46,762 nucleotides of DNA. Source: Octopus bimaculoides (lineage: Eukaryota). The position numbers and the translations under genes are program-made. Below, piece by piece: positions 37,859-46,762 of this stretch. The DNA lies in assembly GCF_001194135.2 (NCBI RefSeq), contig NC_068993.1, forward strand, positions 1,615,355 through 1,662,116. The letters are read 5' to 3'. Under the pieces are notes generated by a model that did not search any database, was not told where the DNA came from, and was given only the letters and a program-made list of their open reading frames with translations. Each line of letters starts with the position of its first letter. Position 1 is the stretch's first letter.

Positions 37859-38071
37859 TATTCGTCAGTTGGAACATTGATTTGAAAAGAAAAGAAATAA
37901 TAGTGCAAAAATTGATTTTTGTAAAGATATTTGACACTTAAGCAGCAGCAGCAACAGAAGCTGTTGTTCTTGACGTTGTTGTTTTCGTTATAGTAGTATT
38001 TGTGATTGTCATTGTTGTTATTATTGTTGTTGTTGTAGATGCCACTGTTGTTGCCGTGCATTGTCACAATT

Positions 38072-38106
<35 letters not shown>

Positions 38107-38559
38107 TGTTACTGCTGCTGCCGTCGTTGTTGTTGTTGCTGACGAAACACTGGAATATTCACAAATTAAAAATAACAACAACAACAACAATAACATCTCA
38201 CTAATGGCGTTTTTACATAATATCTAAATATAAACTTATTACTCGACACGGGGAGAAAAACTGGTTTTTGTCCTTTGAGATATTGGTTAGATAGCGATGC
38301 TCCAGCATGGCCACAATTCAGTAACGGAAACCGGTAAAAGAATAACGAACAAAAACGTAAAATAATAGCTTGTTTTTCGAAGAATATGTCCGTCCTTTCA
38401 CCCCCCACCCACCAAATCCCTTCACCCGGTTCTCTACTACACCTTCACCAAACCCAATCCTGCCATATCAGAATGACCTCCCACTCGAACTCCGCATCTG
38501 CTCGTCTCTTCTGCTCAGATGTTGACGTATAATGATTCAAGGAAAACAGTAAAAGGACG

Positions 38560-38820
38560 TTGTGACGTTGTGACATTCAGACCTTGTGCCTATATTTCAG
38601 AAATTGTGACATTGTGCCTATATCTTAGAAGCCGTGACGGTGTTCCTATGACATAGAAATTGTGACATTGTGCCTATATTCTAAAGGCCGTGACGGTGTA
38701 CCCATATCATAGAAACTGTGACATTGTGCTTATATCTTAGCAACTGCGGCGTTTTGCTAAGCAATTGTGACGTTGTGACTGTCATAGAAATTACGACGTT
38801 GTGTTTATATCTTAGAAAGC
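38560..38820. repeat. 28-bp minisatellite with alternating A/B subunits (56-bp higher-order unit)
   Basis: A gtgacattgtgcctatatcttagaagcc (38606, 38662, 38718); B gtgacggtgttcctatgacatagaaatt (38634, 38690). Confidence 0.85.
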
Positions 38821-39086
38821 GCTAATTGCTTTCGGATGTTTAACAGTTTTTTTTTCTTTTAATTCAGATGTGAAGGACCCAGTTTCCTTCCTAAAACTCC
38901 ATGAAAAGTAAATAGTTTACAAATTAGAAGTTTGTTTTAAAGAGCAAATTACATCGAACGATATGGCAGCTGGACATTTGTAATAAATGTGCGACTGGCA
39001 GGAAATGCTTTATTATCTGCCGAGGGTTGACGGCAAATGCTGACAGTTAGCATGAGCAGCGGTGGCAGCGACACTATCAAAGGGCC

Positions 39087-39125
<39 letters not shown>

Positions 39126-39148
39126 ATATATATATATAAAATGTAATT

Positions 39149-39181
<33 letters not shown>

Positions 39182-39471
39182 AGGTATATAATATATAAAT
39201 ATATATGTATGTATATATAAATATATATATATATGTATACATATGTATGCGTGTGTTTGTATGTAGGTGTGTGTATCATGTATGTCTAGAGTGAGGGATA
39301 GAGAGAGAGATAGAGGGAGAGAGATAGAAGAGAGAGAGAGGGAGAGAGAGAGAATAGTGAAGAACAATGGCATAAAAGAGAAATTGATGTTTGTAATTTG
39401 TGTTTAGGTGGGTGTATAGGTGTCTGTCTGGGTGTAATTAGGGTGATGTGACTGAGTTAATAGGGGAAATT

Positions 39472-39477
<6 letters not shown>

Positions 39478-39540
<63 letters not shown>

Positions 39541-39547
39541 GAGAGAA
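39478..39547. repeat. (GA)n microsatellite
   Basis: Visible run. Confidence 0.95.
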
Positions 39548-39762
39548 ATTTCGTGGTAGTGGTTGTGGAGATGAGAGAAGACAAGGATGCAGTAGTGGTG
39601 GTAGTTTGTGGAGTGAAGGAGTAATTAGTGCTGTAGTAGGGGTTGTAGTGGTAGAGAGATGGGGCGGCAGTTAGTGTTGTAGTAGTGTTGGTGGTGCTGA
39701 AAGGACGATCAGTACTGTTGTGGTGGAGGTGAAGATGGAGTATTTAGAATTTCAGTGTAAAG

Positions 39763-40048
39763 CAATGGTTCTCGACCCTTTTTTTCCCCTAAGAGACCCC
39801 TTTGGTTCCTATTTTACTCAACTGGACCCCCCCCCCATAGCCAGTCGATGTTTTCAAAAATCCTATAATATTTTTATAATTAAATGATTTTAGGAATTGT
39901 ATAAAGAATATTTTGTGTATTGTAGACGTATAACCAATTTGTTGCAGACAAATTTTGGCAGCAAAATTTTATATGAACCCTTAAGGGCCACATGAGACCC
40001 ACTTGTGTAAGGGTTGAGACCCACTTGTGTAAGGGTTGAGACCCACTT
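39763..40048. mobile_element. Non-autonomous hAT element, same family as 12758-13119
   Basis: Left TIR caatggttctcgaccc; right gggttgagacccactt (12/16 match); flanks gtgtaaag (39755-39762) and gtgtaagg (40049-40056) form a 7/8 8-bp TSD; internal sequence aligns with 12790-12850. Confidence 0.75.
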
Positions 40049-40059
40049 GTGTAAGGGTT
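39994..40059. repeat. Perfect 22-bp tandem repeat x3 (gagacccacttgtgtaagggtt)
   Basis: Three identical units at 39994, 40016 and 40038. Confidence 0.95.
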
Positions 40060-40753
40060 GCAGTGTTATAAAGTATAAAAAAACTGATATGTTGTCCCAT
40101 TTTAGTTCTGGAATAAGGACTAAAGGTCCTTGGTTGCCTCCTTTTCCTACCCCCAAGGAATTTCCTCTGATGAAGGTGTGTCCCCTATACAGCTTGCATT
40201 GGAGACATCACTTCATCCGCATTGGGTTAGGTGTCACAACGAGCCCCTTCTGACAATGTCGCTTTCCCTGCGGTACAGTGATGCTCTTAGGAAATGTCTT
40301 GGGTTCTTGTTTTTGACCCACACTGTAACCCGATTACCCCACTACTTCTGTTAACCCTGCAGCCACCACACCTGATCTTGAAGCGAAAGCCTCCAAGAGA
40401 AACTTGGTAAGATGGAACAAGGCTGCAGGAGGAGCAGTTTTCTTAATATTCAAGGAAACTGTAAACTGTTTCTTTTTTTAATTAAAAAAAACTTCCTTTA
40501 GTGAGGAACCGGGTAGATAGCTACGGGTTCCATCCACTTCGAACCCGAATCTCCCTCTGCTATAGCCATGACGAAGCATTCTTTACTGCCCTCTCTAATC
40601 TAAGACTCATTACAAAGCAATGAGTCACTCTCGGAAGAGACAATAAAAAAGAAAAATGCTTCATCATGGATGAAGTACATGGTGGTAGCTGGAATGTCCT
40701 CTTTTTATTTTTTGTCATAAGTCTACTAGGATCAGGGGAAAAACCGGAAACGA

Positions 40754-40789
<36 letters not shown>

Positions 40790-40969
40790 CAACACATAAA
40801 GTTGCTTATTTTGGGCAATCTAGGTCCATATTAAGACTAGCTGCAGATTGGGTACCATTTTAGCAAGTTTAGAATGTATTTGATTCAACGTTGTATATTT
40901 TTAGGCTTAAAAGAAAAAAACGGCGACAACAGCAACAACAGTAGCATGAAAATACGTTTATTATTCTTT

Positions 40970-41140
40970 TCAAATTCTTTCGAGGTCGACTTTGCTTTTC
41001 ATTTGCTAGGGGTCGATAAACTAAGTACCAGGGAGGAGGATGAGTCGATTACATCGACCCCAGTACTCATACTGGGGTCGATGTAATCGACTCATCCTCC
41101 TCCCGCTAAAATTGCTGCCCTTGTGGCAAAATTTAAAACC
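40970..41140 (+). mobile_element. SINE family A 3' part carrying an internal inverted duplication
   Basis: cgaggtcgactttgcttttcat...ggggtcgataaactaagtacca, an inverted copy, then tactggggtcgatgtaatcgact...gcccttgtggcaaaattt. Confidence 0.85.
41031..41104. repeat. Perfect 35-bp inverted repeat with 4-nt loop
   Basis: gggaggaggatgagtcgattacatcgaccccagta-ctca-tactggggtcgatgtaatcgactcatcctcctccc. Confidence 0.97.
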
Positions 41141-41152
41141 ACCACCACCACC

Positions 41153-41211
<59 letters not shown>
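41139..41211. repeat. (ACC)n(ACT)n microsatellite, SINE tail
   Basis: Visible triplet runs immediately after the SINE 3' end. Confidence 0.9.
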
Positions 41212-41213
<2 letters not shown>

Positions 41214-41639
41214 GAACTGTTGCTAACCTTAAAATAGACTCGTCTGGCTTCCAAAATGTTTCACAGCTTAAGCGTAGAAGAATGTGAAGTGTAATTTTCA
41301 CCAAAACTCAAAATTTACAAGAACCAAGTAACTTGCTATTGGAATAATTNNNNNNNNNNNNNNNNNNNNNNNNNNNNNNNNNNNNNNNNNNNNNNNNNNN
41401 NNNNNNNNNNNNNNNNNNNNNNNNNNNNNNNNNNNNNNNNNNNNNNNNNNNNNNNNNNNNNNNNNNNNNNNNNNNNNNNNNNNNNNNNNNNNNNNNNNNN
41501 NNNNNNNNNNNNNNNNNNNNNNNNNNNNNNNNNNNNNNNNNNNNNNNNNNNNNNNNNNNNNNNNNNNNNNNNNNNNNNNNNNNNNNNNNNNNNNNNNNNN
41601 NNNNNNNNNNNNNNNNNNNNNNNNNNNNNNNNNNNNNNN

Positions 41640-41673
<34 letters not shown>

Positions 41674-41679
41674 GTGTGT

Positions 41680-41882
41680 ATGTTTGTGTCTGTTTGTCCC
41701 TCCCAACATCGCTTGACAACCGATGCTGGTGTGTTTATGTCCCCGTAACTTAGCGGTTCGGCAAAAGAGACCGATAGAGTAAGTACTAGGCTTACAAAGA
41801 ATAAGTCCTGGGGTCGATTTGCTCGACTAAAGGTGGTGCTCCAGCATGGCTGCAGTCAAATGACTGAAATAAATAAACGAAT
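41680..41882 (+). mobile_element. SINE family B, 3' half (young copy, 5' part in gap)
   Basis: aacatcgcttgacaaccgatgctggtgtgtttatgtccccgtaacttagcggttcggcaaaagagaccgatag...ctccagcatggctgcagtcaaatgactgaaa. Confidence 0.9.
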
Positions 41883-41904
41883 ATATATATACATATGTAT
41901 GTGA

Positions 41905-42060
41905 AGGCGCATGGCTCAGTGGTTAAGGTTTTGCACTCACGATTGCGAGATCTGGGTTCGATTCCCAGACCGGGCGTTGCGTTGTGTTCTTGAGCAAAGC
42001 GCTTCATTTCACGTTGCTCTGCGATCATTTCATCTGACATGTGGCACCCGTTACACCTGT
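41905..42060 (+). mobile_element. tRNA-derived SINE family C
   Basis: A box TGGCTCAGTGG and B box GGTTCGATTCC in a tRNA-like head (ggcgcatggctcagtggttaagg...tctgggttcgattcccagacc), followed by a non-tRNA body gcgttgtgttcttgagcaaag...; not a complete tRNA. Confidence 0.8.
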
Positions 42061-43339
42061 ATAGAGTTCATTTTACCAGAATGGTGAAGGATGGAACGAG
42101 AGGCAAACAACCTCTTATGTATAGTAGACAACAGAACGGACGAAAAGGAGGAGGAGGAGAAGAGGAAGAAAATGAAGAGGCAACAGCAGCATTAGTAATA
42201 GTAGTAGCATCAGCAGCAACAGCTTGTATAATTGTATGAAATATGATGTAAATCCGTACGGACGAAGTTGAAAGGAAGTACAATGACGTGAATGAGTATA
42301 AATGGTAAAGTGAAACGCCATTGCAGTCAATTGTTTAAGCTTTACCTTGAATCCAATCGTCATAATTGGTATCAGTGATCACCAACAGACAGGAAGGTTA
42401 ATTGTTTTAATGGCTATTACCTCATCATACCATTTTAGAGATATTATCTGGAGATTGGACGGTCCAAGGGATGACAGAGTTTCCTCTCAATTACCTTTAA
42501 TTAACCGTTTAAAATATTGGTTTTTTTTCTTTCCTTCTTAGCAGACAAAATTATATTGTTGTTGTTGTTGTTGCTGTTTGGTACTCGGTTAGTATAATCA
42601 AAAGCGCTCCAGTCGAGATCATTTAGCTCTTTATTCAGTCATAATGTATCTAAGGTTACATCATCCAATGGTTGTGATTCGATGGAGATTAACCTGCTAC
42701 TTTTACTACATCCCCTGACTTTACAAAGGATTTGTCGGTGGTGGTCATGTTCGAAGAACCTGTTGGTGTCGAGCTTGAGTTAAGAGACGTATCATCAAAT
42801 TAGAAAGCGTAGTCACGCTCCAGCCATGACCAAATATCCAAGGTTACGTTATTCAATGTCCTTCCTTCTTTGATGTCAGCTGGGTGTGAGAGTAACTGCA
42901 TGGAGGTTCCCCCAAGTTGGACGTTTTGTGACGTTCATCCATGTTCCAAAAGTGAAAACATTGCGATTCGCTTTAGCACAGCTCTCACTTTCTCTATACC
43001 TCCTTATACCTCATCAGAAGCCATATCGGCTGCCTCTGATGAGCTCATAGTTACATACTCGTATTGTTACCTAACAGTCCGTTGAACACTTAATGCGAAA
43101 CCGATTGGTAACATCGGCCGTAATGGATATCTAATACTGTACACTTCGGGTATTACATATATGTATATATCATCATCATCATCACTTAATGCAACTATTG
43201 ATCATCAATCCTAGTCTTTGATTTTACTGTGAATGAGTTGGGGGCGGGGTTTCTCTGAACTTTTAAGATTTGCTTGACAGGGGAAAACTTTGAGAACCAC
43301 TTATCTGATGACGACGATGATGATGATGATGGAGAAGAA

Positions 43340-43389
<50 letters not shown>

Positions 43390-43531
43390 CATACAGAACG
43401 ATCGATCTATCGATAGATAGATACTTGATAGACAGATCACTGTATGTCAAACATCGAGAGGGTAACAGAAACTTAGATGTTTGTCTTTCAAATACAAACG
43501 GAGAGAAGCTGAGGTGTTTCGTGTGTGTGAT

Positions 43532-43562
<31 letters not shown>

Positions 43563-44324
43563 GGGAGAGAGAGAGGGAGAGAGAGAGAGGGAGAGAGAGA
43601 GAGGGATTTGTTTGTATGTTTAAAGAGAAAGTGAGAGGTGTTTGTATATAAGTCAACGGACAAGAAAAATAAAGTGGAATATTTAAGTGTGTNNNNNNNN
43701 NNNNNNNNNNNNNNNNNNNNNNNNNNNNNNNNNNNNNNNNNNNNNNNNNNNNNNNNNNNNNNNNNNNNNNNNNNNNNNNNNNNNNNNNNNNNNNNNNNNN
43801 NNNNNNNNNNNNNNNNNNNNNNNNNNNNNNNNNNNNNNNNNNNNNNNNNNNNNNNNNNNNNNNNNNNNNNNNNNNNNNNNNNNNNNNNNNNNNNNNNNNN
43901 NNNNNNNNNNNNNNNNNNNNNNNNNNNNNNNNNNNNNNNNNNNNNNNNNNNNNNNNNNNNNNNNNNNNNNNNNNNNNNNNNNNNNNNNNNNNNNNNNNNN
44001 NNNNNNNNNNNNNNNNNNNNNNNNNNNNNNNNNNNNNNNNNNNNNNNNNNNNNNNNNNNNNNNNNNNNNNNNNNNNNNNNNNNNNNNNNNNNNNNNNNNN
44101 NNNNNNNNNNNNNNNNNNNNNNNNNNNNNNNNNNNNNNNNNNNNNNNNNNNNNNNNNNNNNNNNNNNNNNNNNNNNNNNNNNNNNNNNNNNNNNNNNNNN
44201 NNNNNNNNNNNNNNNNNNNNNNNNNNNNNNNNNNNNNNNNNNNNNNNNNNNNNNNNNNNNNNNNNNNNNNNNNNNNNNNNNNNNNNNNNNNNNNNNNNNN
44301 NNNNNNNNNNNNNNNNNNNNNNNN

Positions 44325-44359
<35 letters not shown>

Positions 44360-44619
44360 TGATACATATACACACTCCAGACACACATGTAGCGAGTGTG
44401 TCTCTATATACCATCAGGTGCCAACCATTTGCTATTTTGACCTATTTCACCAAATCAATAATCTTCTGAGATTTTTTGAAAAGCATGTTTAAACAATATT
44501 TTGGAAATTTTAATAAAATTATTTGACATTTTTCATTTAGGAAAAAAAAATATCAAATTTGTTTTTGCAGTAAATATTGTGTTTCTAATAAATGCTGTGT
44601 TGTGATCCTCATTCGGTTA

Positions 44620-44890
44620 ATCATTTACTTGTTTCAGTCATTAGACTGCGGTGAAGCTGGTGCACCGCCTTGAAGGGTCTGGTCGAACACATCTACTCCG
44701 GAAATTATTTTAAAATCTGGTACTTGTTCTATCGGTGTCTTTTGCTGAACCGCTAAGTTACAAGGGCGTAAATGAACCAACACCGGTTGAAAAGCGATGG
44801 AGATGCAAACACAATTACAAAGGCGCCCATACACACTCACACATGTGTGTGTGTTGTGTGTATATATATATGCATATACACACACTCACG

Positions 44891-44921
<31 letters not shown>

Positions 44922-44968
44922 CCGAAACCGCGTAGTTGCAAAGCGAGCGTCTTAACAACATAGCTATG
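44620..44968 (-). mobile_element. SINE family B 3' half plus a tRNA-like head fragment
   Basis: tttacttgtttcagtcattagactgcgg...ttttgctgaaccgctaagttacaagggcgtaaa...caacaccggttg; after the (CA)n, cgagcgtcttaacaacatagc resembles a reversed A-box head. Confidence 0.75.
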
Positions 44969-45498
44969 ACTGAGAAATTCTGTGACCCTTAAACATCATG
45001 TTGTGACCCTTGTGTTTAGCAAATGTTGTGTAGTGGCCCTTATGCCCTTACGGGTTTATAACATGATCATTTTACGTTATCAAATATTTCCTAAGCATAA
45101 CATTTTAACTCTGTGACCCTTTCATAATTATACGGCAAACCAATTTGGGTCGTCCACCGCTCTCAGGGTGGGAACCCAAATTCTAAAGAGACAGAAGTGT
45201 GGTAAGTACGGGTGCAGGGCTGTAACAGTTTGAAGATATAAGGTTTAAATGTCATATGTTATTACGGTAGCTAATCCTTCAATTGTAATAAGGGTCATGG
45301 AGAAATTGGTTCCTTACTAAAGGCACCAAGCCAAATACATTAGAAGAAGGCGGGGAGACGGGTTGGGGGGAGGTGATGTTTTTATCTCGCTGAAAAAAGA
45401 TTAGCGACTTGACTTAAACGCACCACCCTCTGGCTGTCTGTCTGTCTGCCTCTTTAGCATACTTACACACATACACGTACATATACGCACACACGCAC

Positions 45499-45562
<64 letters not shown>

Positions 45563-46194
45563 NNNNNNNNNNNNNNNNNNNNNNNNNNNNNNNNNNNNNN
45601 NNNNNNNNNNNNNNNNNNNNNNNNNNNNNNNNNNNNNNNNNNNNNNNNNNNNNNNNNNNNNNNNNNNNNNNNNNNNNNNNNNNNNNNNNNNNNNNNNNNN
45701 NNNNNNNNNNNNNNNNNNNNNNNNNNNNNNNNNNNNNNNNNNNNNNNNNNNNNNNNNNNNNNNNNNNNNNNNNNNNNNNNNNNNNNNNNNNNNNNNNNNN
45801 NNNNNNNNNNNNNNNNNNNNNNNNNNNNNNNNNNNNNNNNNNNNNNNNNNNNNNNNNNNNNNNNNNNNNNNNNNNNNNNNNNNNNNNNNNNNNNNNNNNN
45901 NNNNNNNNNNNNNNNNNNNNNNNNNNNNNNNNNNNNNNNNNNNNNNNNNNNNNNNNNNNNNNNNNNNNNNNNNNNNNNNNNNNNNNNNNNNNNNNNNNNN
46001 NNNNNNNNNNNNNNNNNNNNNNNNNNNNNNNNNNNNNNNNNNNNNNNNNNNNNNNNNNNNNNNNNNNNNNNNNNNNNNNNNNNNNNNNNNNNNNNNNNNN
46101 NNNNNNNNNNNNNNNNNNNNNNNNNNNNNNNNNNNNNNNNNNNNNNNNNNNNNNNNNNNNNNNNNNNNNNNNTATATATATATATGTATATATA

Positions 46195-46208
46195 GGGGGA
46201 GAATTCAC

Positions 46209-46239
<31 letters not shown>

Positions 46240-46440
46240 GACGAAGACAGGTGGTGTAGACAACAAACAGATGTATTAGTTTGACGTTCGGGAAGTGAAA
46301 AAGTCTTTAATGTTTCGAGTCTACGCTCTTCCACAGAAAGAAACAAGGAGAGAAAATAAAGAATGTGTAGTGGCTAGCGATCTATCATGGCGAATGCCGG
46401 ACAGAGGGGTCACACAGGAGAGCTAGGAAGAAGGGGAGAT
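46195..46440 (-). mobile_element. Probable Penelope-like terminal-repeat remnant containing a decayed hammerhead motif
   Basis: Contains the minimal hammerhead pattern at 46304-46341; partial similarity (acgttcgggaag vs acgctcaggaag) to 32370-32415. The Penelope assignment is inferred from the ribozyme type. Confidence 0.5.
46304..46341 (-). ncRNA. Decayed minimal type I hammerhead ribozyme motif
   Basis: Minus strand UCUUU-CUGUGGA-A-GAG(cguaga)CUC-GAAAC-AUU-AAAGA: 5-bp stem I, 3-bp stem II; A6 to U and G16.2 to A relative to the consensus. Confidence 0.55.
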
Positions 46441-46762
46441 AATAAAGTAGTGATGATCCCAAAACGATGGTGCGCGTGTGTATAAGAGAGCATGTATGTG
46501 TGTGTGGAAGGGGGCTGGTGACCTTGACGTGTGCGTGTGTGCAAGTGTAGGTGTGTAGATGAAGATGTGGGGCTGGGAAGTGGTCAGTGCTAGTGTGTGC
46601 GTGGTAGTATGATGTGATGTGGTGCTGTGTGATATGGTAGTGTATGGTGTGGTGGTGTGTGGTGTGGTGTGGTGGTGTTGGGATGTGGGGGAGGCGAGAT
46701 TGGGGAAAGCAAGGGTGGGGGTATGTGGGAGTGGGGGTAAACTTGCATATATACACACACAT

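Noticed and set aside
39420-39480. Isolated TTAGGG hexamers
   Set aside because: Not in tandem; not a telomeric array.
28672-40059. Tandem arrays (14, 22, 28 bp) as CRISPR-like repeats
   Set aside because: Units are contiguous with no unique spacers, the genome is eukaryotic, and there are no cas genes.
41905-41975. Apparent tRNA gene
   Set aside because: Has A/B boxes and a T-arm but no proper acceptor stem, and continues into a SINE body.
43012-43060. catcaga...tctgatg hairpin and CUGAUGA on both strands
   Set aside because: No correctly placed GAAA, stem II or NUH triplet on either strand.
46600-46740. G-rich strand with G-quadruplex potential
   Set aside because: Derived from degenerate (GT)/(GGT) low-complexity sequence that is common throughout the window.

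Overview
A eukaryotic, gene-poor, repeat-saturated window with about 20 N-gaps, most bordered by microsatellites. The SINE families and microsatellite density point to a coleoid cephalopod, probably an Octopus draft assembly; this is recognition and inference, not a database result. All long ORFs in the supplied track are artefacts of N-runs or microsatellites. Supportable content: (1) about 20 copies or fragments of three tRNA-derived SINE families; (2) two hAT-type non-autonomous elements, two copies of a TIR-bounded MITE, and several copies of another short dispersed repeat; (3) one frameshifted R4/Dong-like LINE reverse-transcriptase fragment and a Penelope-like terminal repeat; (4) several degenerate minisatellites; (5) three candidate small plus-strand exons with consensus splice sites (537-572, 4133-4160, 4263 onward) that join into an open frame with no recognised product. 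The most notable observations are type I hammerhead-ribozyme motifs. One at 32113-32185 keeps the full catalytic core and a palindromic stem III of the dimer-cleaving type, and decayed relatives lie at 14009-14067, 46304-46341 and possibly 17843-17886. Also notable are twin identical palindromes that could sequester the acceptor of a frame-shifting 28-nt exon, and a perfect 35-bp inverted duplication inside a SINE.
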